DNA of 64,000 nucleotides from NCBI GenBank assembly GCA_000092065.1, contig CP000585.1; one strand, given 5' to 3'. Numbering within the stretch: the first letter of the stretch is position 1; each line of letters starts with the position of its first letter. Of the stretch, positions 18,325-27,560 are shown in pieces. Below the pieces are notes generated by a model. It saw only the letters and a list, made by a program, of their open reading frames with translations, did no database searches and was not told the DNA's origin. The position numbers and the translations under genes were made by a program. The DNA is from Ostreococcus lucimarinus (Eukaryota).

Positions 18325-20931
18325 CTACTCGGCTTTTCTTCGTCGCGGAGCTCGCTTCGACTTAGGACCAGACGTCGCGTTTTCTGACGACAGCGTGCTC
18401 GAATCTTTTATATTCGCATTCACTGCCTTAGCTTTTCGCAGTGGAAGGGGTAGCAGCGCGTCGGAACCCGTGACTTTTGCGATGAGATCGCGAGACTTCT
18501 CAATTCTGTCTCTCGGCGTGCCTTCTCGCTTCCGCGTCGGCGGCGGAAGATCAACCGCAACTCGAGCGCCCCAATCGGTTTTACTTTTCCCACGAGACGT
18601 ACGTGATGTTGCCTTACCGCGCGAAGTCGACGGTATCGACACCGAGCGCTCCGGTTTCTTCGATCCAGTGAGCATCGCCGAGATACTGTCGAGCAAAAAC
18701 GAACGCCTCGCCGGTTGCGCGCTCTGCCCAAACCTTCGGCGCTCGCGCGCGTGACACAACATCAACTTGCGCTTCGCACGTGTGATGCCGACGTAAAACA
18801 GGCGAACTTCTTCATCTTGGTCGTCTTCACTATCGCCGTTACGCACAAAAGGAATCAACCCTTCCTCGACGCCAGAAATGAATACGCTGTTGAACTCCAA
18901 ACCTTTACTCGCGTGCATGGTCATAAGTTTGACCGTGTCTCCTCCTTCTTCTTCCTTGCTCTCGGCACTCGTGAGTAACGATATGCCTTCCAAAAACGAA
19001 CCTAAAGCTTCCAGGCCAACGCGATCCTGGATGGTTTCGTCAATGTCTTGCGGTGGCTCTTTCGCCAAGTTGATGAGCTCCTGCACAAACGCCCAACGCT
19101 CGTTGCCATCGTCGGCATCTTGCACGAGGGTGTCGTAACCCGTACATTTGATAATCGCTTCCAGCAGTTCGCCCGGTGTCGAGCTTTTCGCCTTCTCTCG
19201 GGTTTCCGCCATGAGCTGTGAAAATTTTAGTACAGCAGATCTCGCGCGCGTCGTCAATCCCATTTCCTCCGCGCTCGGCAGCAGTTCGGTCTGCCCTTCG
19301 TCGCCTTTGGTTCTCCAAGCGCCGTTGAACAGGGCGTCGCCGATTGACGGTGGAACGCCATCTGTTTTCGGAAGCGTATCAATCCATGCGCTGAGCTTTT
19401 CGATGGTTGAGTTCCCGATGCCTCTCGTTGGCGTGTTGATGATTCGGTTCAGACTCACCGTGTCCGCCGAGTTGGACACCACGCGCAGGTACGCGATCAT
19501 ATCTTTAATCTCCTTACGACCGTAGAACGATGTGTCGCCGATAACTTTGTGCGGTACGCCCGCACGAATAAACGCTTCCTCGAGCACTCGAGCCTGCGAG
19601 TTGGTTCGATACAAGACAGCGATTTCTGAATACCGTAAATCCGGGTCCTCCTTGACTGACTTGCGCGCCTCTAAAGCTATGAATTCGGCCTCTTCGCGAT
19701 CGTCATTTGCCTCGACGATCGCGACGTCACGTCCACCCGGGGTGTTCGCGACGAGGTCCAATGGCGACGGGAAAGCGCTTTCCTTGATGACTGCCTGCGC
19801 CGCCTCGACGATGGTCGCCGTACTTCTGTAATTCGTCGTCAGCATGTGCGTCTGGACATCCTTGAAGTCTTCATCGAACTGCGTGCGAATGTTTGCGACC
19901 TCGGCGCCGCGCCAACCATAAATAGCCTGATCGGCGTCGCCCACGACGAACACTGAACCTTGCGGCTGAGATAATTTTCTAATCAACTCGTACTGCGTCG
20001 TCGAAGTGTCTTGAAACTCGTCAACGAGTACCTGGCTCCATCGATGCTCATAATACGACCGTACGTCCGGGCACATCTCCAACATCGCCACTGTCGCCGA
20101 AAGCAAGTCATCAAAGTCAAATGCGTTCGCTTGCCGCAAACCGAGCTCGTACTCGTCGTAACACTCCACGAAGCGCTCGTGCGACATCGGCGGTATGGGC
20201 TTGTGCGCGTCCAAAAGTGCCCGCAACATGTGTGACCCATTCAACCCGACCGAGTGTTTCACGCACGACTTCGACGTACTAATCCAGTTTCTCATCGGTC
20301 CCGGCTGCGCCGTCTTCTTCGTCTCCCCAAACTTGTTCACCAACACGCCCTGCACGATTTGCTTGCTGTCGTCGGCGTCGTAAATCGTAAACTCTCCCGT
20401 TCGTCCTATGCCCGGAATTCGATCGCCGTGTCGTCGCAGCATCCTCGCCGCGACGGAATGAAACGTCCCTGCCGTGATCTCTCGCGCCGCGGCGTCGCCA
20501 ATCTTATCCCTCAATCTTTCTCGCAGTTCGCGCGCCGCCTTATTCGTAAACGTGATGCACAAAATCTCCCTCGGCGGCGTCTTCAGCTCGTGAATCAGGT
20601 GCGCGACGCGTCCGATGAGCACGTGCGTCTTCCCGGACCCCGGACCCGCGAGCACGCGCGTCGCGCCCACGGGCGCGAGCACCGCGGCGCGCTGGTCGTC
20701 GTTCAAACCGCGCACGTGCGGCGGTTCGAGCGCATCAACCGTCGCTTCAGCGCCCCACGGCGCGGCGGTGTACGTCCTCGCGCGCGCGCGCGCCTCGGGA
20801 TCGACCGCTCGCGTCACGCGCGACATTCCCGCCGCGCGCCGCGCGCACGCACGCGCGCACGCGCGCGCGCGCGTCCCGAGAGACGCGCTCGATGGCACCA
20901 TCGCGTGCGGCGTCGGCGCGCTCGCGCGCAT
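18325..20931 (-). CDS. UvrD/PcrA/Rep-family ATP-dependent DNA helicase with Arg-rich presequence and long basic C-tail
   Basis: Walker A 'LAGPGSGKTHVLIGRVAHL'. Also 'ILCITFTNKAARELRERL', 'VLVDEFQDTS', 'VVGDADQAIYGWRGA' and 'MTMHASKGLEFNSVFISGVEEG' (superfamily 1A motifs I-VI). The N-terminal ~60 aa look like a transit peptide. Confidence 0.8.
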   Translation of the reverse strand: MRASAPTPHAMVPSSASLGTRARACARACARRAAGMSRVTRAVDPEARARARTYTAAPWGAEATVDALEPPHVRGLNDDQRAAVLAPVGATRVLAGPGSGKTHVLIGRVAHLIHELKTPPREILCITFTNKAARELRERLRDKIGDAAAREITAGTFHSVAARMLRRHGDRIPGIGRTGEFTIYDADDSKQIVQGVLVNKFGETKKTAQPGPMRNWISTSKSCVKHSVGLNGSHMLRALLDAHKPIPPMSHERFVECYDEYELGLRQANAFDFDDLLSATVAMLEMCPDVRSYYEHRWSQVLVDEFQDTSTTQYELIRKLSQPQGSVFVVGDADQAIYGWRGAEVANIRTQFDEDFKDVQTHMLTTNYRSTATIVEAAQAVIKESAFPSPLDLVANTPGGRDVAIVEANDDREEAEFIALEARKSVKEDPDLRYSEIAVLYRTNSQARVLEEAFIRAGVPHKVIGDTSFYGRKEIKDMIAYLRVVSNSADTVSLNRIINTPTRGIGNSTIEKLSAWIDTLPKTDGVPPSIGDALFNGAWRTKGDEGQTELLPSAEEMGLTTRARSAVLKFSQLMAETREKAKSSTPGELLEAIIKCTGYDTLVQDADDGNERWAFVQELINLAKEPPQDIDETIQDRVGLEALGSFLEGISLLTSAESKEEEGGDTVKLMTMHASKGLEFNSVFISGVEEGLIPFVRNGDSEDDQDEEVRLFYVGITRAKRKLMLCHARERRRFGQSAQPARRSFLLDSISAMLTGSKKPERSVSIPSTSRGKATSRTSRGKSKTDWGARVAVDLPPPTRKREGTPRDRIEKSRDLIAKVTGSDALLPLPLRKAKAVNANIKDSSTLSSENATSGPKSKRAPRRRKAE

Positions 20932-21278
20932 CTACCACCGTCGACGACGCGACGCTCGACGATCTCGCGCGCGCGACGATCGGCGATCTCGATCGCTGTG
21001 CGTCCACGCGCGCGCGACACGTCGGCGTCGGCGTCGACGCGCTGTGCGGCGGCGAGTGCGCGCGTCACGATGACGAGGACCAACACCCACGATTTCGAGC
21101 GACACTCTGCCGCGCGTCCACACGCGATCGCACGTCCTCGACGCGAATCGCGGCGGAGGAAACGATCTAGATCTCGCGTTTTCGACCGCTTGATCGACGT
21201 GTGCGCGCGCTGCGTTGAGCGCGAGACGCGATCTTGATCGCGATTGTGAATCGTGTCGGAGGCACCGGAACGCGGAAA

Positions 21279-22829
21279 ATGGCGGTGATGCGCGCGAGAG
21301 CGAGCGCGAGAGCGAGCGCGATTGCGTTAACGATCGTCACGTTCGTGGGCGTCGCGGCGACGGCGCGAGCGGAGATGTTTAACCCGTTTCAGAGGCCAAA
21401 GACCAAGGGCAAGGTGAGCGAACACGAAATCATTGCCGAAGCGCCGACGGATGATCACGTGTTGAAGCTCGATGCGAGCATCTTCGACAACGAGTTGAAA
21501 AAGTCGAAATATAACTTCGTGATGTTTTACGCGCCGTGGGATGGGCACTCAAAGGCGTTCATGCCGCGTTGGATGTCTTACGCGCAGTCGCATAAAATGG
21601 CGGGCACGGAGATGACGTTTTCGCTCGTGGACGCGACCAAGGAACGCGATTTGGATAAGCGATTCGAAATCGAGGAATACCCGACGCTCATATTGTTCCG
21701 TGATGGTGTGCCGAAGAGGTACGTGGGCGATCGATCGCCGCAACACTTGGATAAGTTTGTTCGAAGAAACTTGCTCAAGCCGGCGCGTTGGCTGGAAGGC
21801 ACGGACGACGTCGAAGTTTTCTTGATGGGTCGCGACGTCACCGTTATCGGGTTCTTCGATAACAAGGATGATTTGGACGTGTACCACCACGCCGCGGCTG
21901 AGTTTGATCTCGACTTTGGCGAGACGAAGAGCAAAATCGCCACTGAAGACTGGAAAGCGCCGTTCCCGACCATCAAGATGTGGCGCGACTTTGACAAAGA
22001 ACCCGTTAGGTACCCCGGCGACGTGCGCGATTTGGATGCTATCAAGTCCTGGATCGCCACTGAAATGGTCCCACCGATCGTGAAGTTCGAAAACAAGAAG
22101 CAACTCGAGCGCCTTTTCATGGGTCCGATCGCTGCGAACATCTTCGTATTCTTACCCGAAGACGCGACCGAAGCCGAGAAGATGTCGAAATCTTTAGAAA
22201 GTGCGGCCAGACAACTTCGTGGTAAGGTGCACATCATCACCGTCGATGCCAAAGAAACTGTCATGCATGACTACTTCTCTCTCCGCGAGAGCGACGGGCC
22301 GACGATTCGCCTTCTCTCGCATGACTTGAAGTATCAATACAAGGGCTCATTGGAGGCCGCCGAGATCTCAAACGATGTCGTGCACTTTTTCAAGGAATTC
22401 GAGGCGAAAAAGCTCGTGCCGTTGCTCAAGTCGCAAGATCCGCTCCCCAAGGACGGTGACGTTCTGCAAGTTGTCGGTAAGACGTTCCAGTCGTTGCTCA
22501 TGGATAACGACAAGCACGTCTTTGTTTGGTTCTACGCGCCGTGGTGCCGCACGTGCAAGGCGATGAAGCCGGTGTGGGATAAGCTCGCCACGCTTTACAA
22601 GGATGAGAAAGACATCATCATCGCCAAGATGGATGCGACGAAGAACGAGGCGAAGGATTTGCACGTTCGACACTATCCGACCGTGTACTACTATCATTCC
22701 GGTGATAAGCCCAGACACGAGGAATACGACGGACACATGGAAACGGATGCGTTCACCGATTTCCTCACCGAACGCACGGGCAAGAGTCCGCACAAGAGAC
22801 GTCGCCGAACGCCGCACATGGAGCTTTAA
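21279..22829 (+). CDS. protein disulfide-isomerase family protein (signal peptide; first Trx domain redox-dead WDGHSK, last domain CRTC)
   Basis: Signal peptide 'MAVMRARASARASAIALTIVTFVGVAATARA'. First thioredoxin domain 'FVMFYAPWDGHSKAF' with both Cys replaced; last domain 'FVWFYAPWCRTCKAMKP'. The C-terminus reads ..HMEL. Confidence 0.75.
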   Translation: MAVMRARASARASAIALTIVTFVGVAATARAEMFNPFQRPKTKGKVSEHEIIAEAPTDDHVLKLDASIFDNELKKSKYNFVMFYAPWDGHSKAFMPRWMSYAQSHKMAGTEMTFSLVDATKERDLDKRFEIEEYPTLILFRDGVPKRYVGDRSPQHLDKFVRRNLLKPARWLEGTDDVEVFLMGRDVTVIGFFDNKDDLDVYHHAAAEFDLDFGETKSKIATEDWKAPFPTIKMWRDFDKEPVRYPGDVRDLDAIKSWIATEMVPPIVKFENKKQLERLFMGPIAANIFVFLPEDATEAEKMSKSLESAARQLRGKVHIITVDAKETVMHDYFSLRESDGPTIRLLSHDLKYQYKGSLEAAEISNDVVHFFKEFEAKKLVPLLKSQDPLPKDGDVLQVVGKTFQSLLMDNDKHVFVWFYAPWCRTCKAMKPVWDKLATLYKDEKDIIIAKMDATKNEAKDLHVRHYPTVYYYHSGDKPRHEEYDGHMETDAFTDFLTERTGKSPHKRRRRTPHMEL

Positions 22830-22835
22830 CAATTG

Positions 22836-22840
22836 TGTAA
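22836..22840 (+). promoter_or_regulatory. TGTAA poly(A)-signal-like motif 7 nt after the PDI stop
   Basis: 'taacaattgtgtaatg' directly follows the stop codon. Confidence 0.4.
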
Positions 22841-22866
22841 TGTCATCCGCGCTGTATCTATTACAA

Positions 22867-24252
22867 CTATGCGAACGCTAAGAAATACTGCGCTACGCCC
22901 GTCAAAGCGCCTAATACCCCACCCACGACGATGAGTTTGATTTCGTCTTGCTCGAAAACCGGATGCAAAACGCGCTCGAAATCCTTTGCAGGAAGCTTTT
23001 GCATTCGCTCGCGCACCGTATCCTCGATGCCGAGCGCTTCGTTTTGATAATCGTATGTCACGGGCACGCAATCGGGAATCGAAGCAAAAATCATGTCTAC
23101 GATGGTGCACTTGATTTCGTCATACTTTTCCGCGCCGATGATGAGCTTTGCCGTCGTCACCGAGCCGATGGCTTTATCAAAAAAGTTTTCGGCGTTTCGT
23201 CGCACGAGGGCTTCAAACTTTTCCTTGTACGTTCCGTTCATCATCTCTTCCCACAAGTTCTCGGCGTTGCAAAAGTGAAGTTGATTCAAGCGCGCAAACT
23301 CTTCGCTCACTTCGTTTTGGCGCCTCAAAAACACGCCGTGCAACGTGACGCCGCACACGCGCTTTGGCTCGATTGGCTGGAAAATCACCTTCAACGCGAC
23401 GAAATTCGTGAGGTAGCCCACGGCGAATCCGAAAAATGGAAGCAACCACACTCCCTGCTCCGGAGCATGCTTGTCGACAAAGTAAAACACCACCATCTGC
23501 ACCAAACCAAACGCAAAACCAAAGTAAATCCCGCTCCGCTCGATGAATACGAACTCATTCGCGCCGACTTCTCGAAACATGTTGACCACCTTGTCCTTAT
23601 TATTCACCGCCAGCGTCACCACCATCGTCTTCAAATCCAGCACGTCGTACACATTTTCCATCAAATCCGCGATTATGTCTTCCAACAACCCACTCGATTG
23701 CGCCATGGCCTCCGCGACCATCTCCTCCCGCACCACTCTCGGCAATCCTTGCCAAAACGTCGGCGCCTCCCGCGCGAGCACCGTCTCAAATATATCCTCC
23801 GTCACGCACCGCATCTCGGGATCCATGATGCTCGCGAACGTTTTCGGCTCCAACCTCGTGAAAATTTCCTTGATATCGATCAATTTCTTCGTCATGAGAT
23901 CGACCAATATCTCCGCCATCTCTCCCGCCTTGCTCGGGATGATCCCTTGCCATCCGCCGAGCGCGCCGAACGGCTGCCCTTTCACTTGCGCAAACCTCAA
24001 GAACCCCGGGAAGAACTCGAGCGGATAGAACGTCATCTTCAGCGCGACGACGTTCGTCCCCCAGCCCACGGCGGCGGCGATGAACGGGATGAGCGCGTAT
24101 CGCCAGAGCGGCGTGGTCGAGTCAGCGGCGAGCAGTCGTCGCCGGAGACGCGTCGCGCCGTCGTCGTCGTCGGTCCAGCGCGCGAGCGCGAGCGTCGCGG
24201 CGACGTACGTCGTCGCCGCGAGCGTCACCGCGCGCGGGAATCGCCGGCGCAT
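22867..24252 (-). CDS. DUF445-family membrane protein
   Basis: 461 aa from ATG at 24252. 'LWRYALIPFIAAAVGWGTNVVALKMTFYPLEF..GWQGIIPSKAGEMAEIL..' and the C-terminal 'LIVVGGVLGALTGVAQYFLAFA' match the DUF445 (YheB-like) pattern. Everything upstream in the 841-aa ORF is Arg-rich translation of GC-rich DNA. Confidence 0.5.
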   Translation of the reverse strand: MRRRFPRAVTLAATTYVAATLALARWTDDDDGATRLRRRLLAADSTTPLWRYALIPFIAAAVGWGTNVVALKMTFYPLEFFPGFLRFAQVKGQPFGALGGWQGIIPSKAGEMAEILVDLMTKKLIDIKEIFTRLEPKTFASIMDPEMRCVTEDIFETVLAREAPTFWQGLPRVVREEMVAEAMAQSSGLLEDIIADLMENVYDVLDLKTMVVTLAVNNKDKVVNMFREVGANEFVFIERSGIYFGFAFGLVQMVVFYFVDKHAPEQGVWLLPFFGFAVGYLTNFVALKVIFQPIEPKRVCGVTLHGVFLRRQNEVSEEFARLNQLHFCNAENLWEEMMNGTYKEKFEALVRRNAENFFDKAIGSVTTAKLIIGAEKYDEIKCTIVDMIFASIPDCVPVTYDYQNEALGIEDTVRERMQKLPAKDFERVLHPVFEQDEIKLIVVGGVLGALTGVAQYFLAFA

Positions 24253-24327
24253 CGCGTCGAGCGCGCGACGCGGCGGAGAAGTGGCGTCGTCGGCACAGGG
24301 AGACGCGCGGTCGCGGTCGCGTCCGTC

Positions 24328-25650
24328 ATGGCGTCGCGCGCGTCGATCGCGTCGCGCGCGACGCCGGTTCCGCGCGCGCGCATCGCGCGGACGCGCGGAC
24401 GCGCGGGCGCGCGCGGAGGCGACGCGACGCGCGCGACGCGACGCGACGACGACGACGACGCGCGTCCGCCTCAACCGTCGACGCCATCGACGACGCGACG
24501 ACGCGCGCTGGCGCTGGCGCTCGCGTCCGCGACGACGCCCGCGATGGACGCGCGCGCGGCGAACGTGCCGACGCCCGCGATCGCGTCGAGCGGCGCGCTG
24601 GGCGCGCTGGAGTCGCAATTCATCGACGTCTTCGGACGCGCCGAACGCGCGGCGGTGAACGTCGTCGACCTCACGGTGCTGAATCAGAGTGGGAATCAGA
24701 GCGCGTTCGCGGGAGCGATCGTGGCCGAAGGGAACGGCACGGGAGTGGTGTGGGACGACGAAGGACACGTGGTGACGAATTATCACGTGCTGGGAGGCGT
24801 GCTCGCGAGCGCGCCGAAGGGGCGGAAGCTCGGCGAGGTGGCCAAGGTGACGATACAGACGAATGAGGGGAGTCGGACGTTCGCGGCGACGCTCGTGGGG
24901 GCGTCGAAGGAGAAAGATTTGGTGGTGATTAAGGTGGACGCGCCGAAGGAGTTGCTGAAGCCGGCGGTGGTGTCGTCGTCGTCGGAGGGCGTGCGCGTCG
25001 GGCAGGCGGTGTTCGCCATCGGTAACCCGTTCGGGTTCGATCACACGCTCACCACGGGCGTCGTGAGCGGGCTCAATCGAAGCATTCAGTCGCAGGTCGG
25101 GAGCTTGATCACCGGGGCGATCCAAACCGACGCGGCGATCAATCCTGGGAACAGTGGCGGACCGCTTTTGGATTCGCGCGGACAACTCATCGGCATCAAC
25201 ACCGCCATTTTCACCCCCACGGGGACGTCCGCGGGCGTCGGATTCGCGATTCCGATCGACACCGTCAATGCCGTCGTGCCGCAGCTCATCGCGAACGGCG
25301 AGGTGGTGTTCCCATCGTTGAACATTAAATTCGCCAACGCGAGCGTTGAACGCGATTTGCAAGTCCCCGTCGGTGGCGGCGCGCTCATTCAATCCTTCAT
25401 AGGCGACTCCGCGGCGTCAAAAGCGGGTTTTCTCGCCACTCGTCGAGGTATCGCCGGTATCGCACCCGGAGACGTCATCATCGCCGTCGACGGCGCGCCC
25501 TGCGGCGTCGCCGCCGACGTCGTCAGAGCCATCGAGCGCAAGCGAGTCGGCGACGACGTTCAAGTCACCGCCCTTCGCCGCGCCGCCGTGGGCGACGCCA
25601 AGCCCGAAAAGGTCACGCACACCATTCGCTTAGCCGCGGCGAACGCGTAG
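24328..25650 (+). CDS. Deg/HtrA-type trypsin-like serine protease with PDZ domain and twin-arginine bipartite presequence
   Basis: Catalytic His 'VVTNYHVLGG', Asp 'KDLVVIKVD' and Ser 'GNSGGPLLD'; C-terminal PDZ 'GDVIIAVDG'. The N-terminus has an Arg/Thr-rich stretch, then 'TTRRRALALALASATTPAMDA' (RR, hydrophobic core, AxA), like a lumenal Tat signal. It shares a reading frame with the antisense of the DUF445 gene, which is why the ORF track shows a 900-aa ORF. Confidence 0.8.
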   Translation: MASRASIASRATPVPRARIARTRGRAGARGGDATRATRRDDDDDARPPQPSTPSTTRRRALALALASATTPAMDARAANVPTPAIASSGALGALESQFIDVFGRAERAAVNVVDLTVLNQSGNQSAFAGAIVAEGNGTGVVWDDEGHVVTNYHVLGGVLASAPKGRKLGEVAKVTIQTNEGSRTFAATLVGASKEKDLVVIKVDAPKELLKPAVVSSSSEGVRVGQAVFAIGNPFGFDHTLTTGVVSGLNRSIQSQVGSLITGAIQTDAAINPGNSGGPLLDSRGQLIGINTAIFTPTGTSAGVGFAIPIDTVNAVVPQLIANGEVVFPSLNIKFANASVERDLQVPVGGGALIQSFIGDSAASKAGFLATRRGIAGIAPGDVIIAVDGAPCGVAADVVRAIERKRVGDDVQVTALRRAAVGDAKPEKVTHTIRLAAANA

Positions 25651-25760
25651 TCGCCCGTTCATCGTGTAACGCACAATCCTTCGCGCGTCGTCCCGCGTCG
25701 GCTCGTCGCCAGCCGCGCCGCGCGCGTCGCCGCACATCGGCGCACTCGATCCGCGCAGAC

Positions 25761-27206
25761 ATGGGCGGCCGCCGCGCGCACCACGAAAACGGCGATCACC
25801 CCATGTGTTCGTTCGCGGCGTGCGTGCCGCCCAAGGAGTGGAGCGCCGAGCGCGTGAGGTGCGTCGCGACGCGCGCGATCGTCGCGAGATAACGACCTCG
25901 AGATATCGCTTGAGTTTCGTTCGAAACGCGCTCGCGCGACGCGCGCGCGCGACGCGGGCGGGCGACGAGGGATGCGACCGAAGCGAACGCGCGAACGCGA
26001 CTGACGAACGACGCGCGCGCGACGCACGAACGCAGGACGTGCGTGGATGAGTGCTTTGAAAAATTGCCGAAGACGTACTACAAGGTGGAACGACGCGAGT
26101 GCGGCGGATTGGCGCGGTCGATGACGCACAAGGTGAAGTTTGCGAGCGGTAACTCGTATGAGCTGGCGCTGGTGAGCGATACGCTCGGGGCGGAGGAGGT
26201 TGGGAAGAAGTTTGAGGCGATTCGCGAGGAGCACGCGGACCTGCGCGAACGGTCGCTGGCGTTGAAGGCGTATTTGAAAGAGTTGAGCGGCAAGCATAAA
26301 TTTTCGTTCGTCGTGATCGACGATACGACGAAACGTGTTTTTGCCGCGGCGACGCAGTTCAGCGCGCCGTTGTCGTTCGGCCATTCGAAGGATGGGATGC
26401 TCGTTTTGTTTTGCGGCGCGGGGGGGAAGTCGGTGGCGACGCACTGGCCGCTCAACGAGCAAGAGGTGACCCAATGCGCGCAGCACGGCGAGGCGGCGCG
26501 ACGTCGAAGCATTGATGTGAGAGATCGTCCACCCGCGAACGCGGCCGGCGGCAGTAGGCGAAGCGTGGACGGCGGTAGGCGAAGCGTGGACGGCGGCAGG
26601 CGAAGCGTGGACGGCGGTCGCCGCAGCATCGACGAAAAAGCAGTCTTCACGTCTGAAGTCGGCTGGGTCGATCCGGGCGCCACCGTGCCAGTGGATTTCA
26701 CTCACAACAGGATCGTGCTCACGCATCTCCCAGTCGGGCGCTTCGTGTACGGGCACGGGTACCTACAGCCGTACGAGTTCACCTCGTTTTGGAGCAGCGC
26801 CCAGAGCAACCGCGCCGGCGTGCCCGAGCGGGCGTTCCACAGCGGCAATGACTGGTCAAAGGAGTCGCCCAACAGCAGCCGAAGAAGTAGTTTCGACGTC
26901 AACAGCGCCGACGGCGCGCCTCGACGTTCCAGCATCGACGAACGTCATCGCAAATGGGAAAGCACCAATTCAAAGTGCGACACCGAGGCGAGTTGGAAAA
27001 AACCCGCCGCAGAAGCGAAGCGCCCGCTCCCACCGCGTTCGCCGATAAAAAGCCAAGAACCCATCGTGCCTTCGCTCGAGAAATTATCCGTCAAGGACGG
27101 CGAGAAGAAAAAGAGCTCGCTCGGGTCAAAAATCCGTCGAAACCTGTCTGTCGAAAGTCTCAAAAAAGCCTTCGGCGTCGCGGGCAAGAAATCCGAAGAC
27201 GCGTGA
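25761..27206 (+). CDS. hypothetical protein with (GGRRSVD)x4 repeat; predicted 2 exons 25761..25858 and 26036..27206
   Basis: The track ORF begins at a GTG (26043), not an ATG. Upstream is an ATG exon 'MGGRRAHHENGDHPMCSFAACVPPKEWSAERV' ending AG|GTGCGT, then a 177-nt intron with CTGAC 30 nt before CAG|G. This joins in phase to '..RTCVDECFEKLPKTYYKVERRECGG..'. No family recognised. Confidence 0.4.
25859..26035 (+). other. predicted intron (177 nt) of gene 25761..27206
   Basis: GTGCGT donor at 25859, CTGAC at 26001-26005, CAG acceptor ending at 26035. It is frame-preserving, with the split codon AG+G giving Arg. Confidence 0.4.
26551..26634 (+). repeat. 21-bp x4 in-frame tandem repeat encoding G(G/S)RRSVD
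   Basis: ggc(agt/ggt/ggc)aggcgaagcgtggac x3, plus a diverged fourth unit (..cgccgcagcatcgac). Confidence 0.9.
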
Positions 27207-27463
27207 CGCGAACGACCAGATATTCCGCCCCGCGCTCGCCTCGCGCCATTGTATTCTTAAACGCCACCCCATCCGCCTCGCCACTCGCCTCGCCGCTCAC
27301 ATTCCAGCATCGTCGCGTCGTGATACGCGAGGGTGTTAACCACCTCAATCAATCCAGTCATCCCGCGCGACCGCACACGCGCGCGTTTCGTCCGCGTCGA
27401 GCCGTGCGCATCGCGTGCGACACCGATCGACGCGTTTCGTCGAGCGGCGTCGCCGGACGCGTC

Positions 27464-27529
27464 ATGGGCGCCGAACCGACGGCGCGATCGGTCGTCACGA
27501 CCGCGAGCGGTCGGTTGACGACGGTGAAA

Positions 27530-27560
<31 letters not shown>

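Noticed and set aside
21520-21545. Possible selenocysteine (TGA) in the Cys-less thioredoxin motif of the PDI, as in algal Sel-PDI.
   Set aside because: The substituted positions are GAT (Asp) and AGC/TCA-type Ser codons, not in-frame TGA. There is no SECIS-like element in the short 3' UTR.
22948-24327. Stop-free 460-codon stretch on the plus strand antisense to the DUF445 gene, fused in the ORF track to the Deg protease to give a 900-aa ORF.
   Set aside because: The GC3-biased codon usage of this genome depletes stop codons on the antisense strand. Only the part from ATG 24328 has protease homology, and the rest is Arg/His-rich nonsense. Similar artefacts are 1144..2661, 35624..36814, 10286..10998 and 16365..16884.
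26043-26045. ORF-track start codons that are GTG (26043) and TTG (55539).
   Set aside because: Non-ATG starts are an artefact of the ORF caller for a eukaryotic nuclear genome. They were replaced by the nearest supported ATG (STT3) or by a spliced upstream ATG exon (gene 25761).
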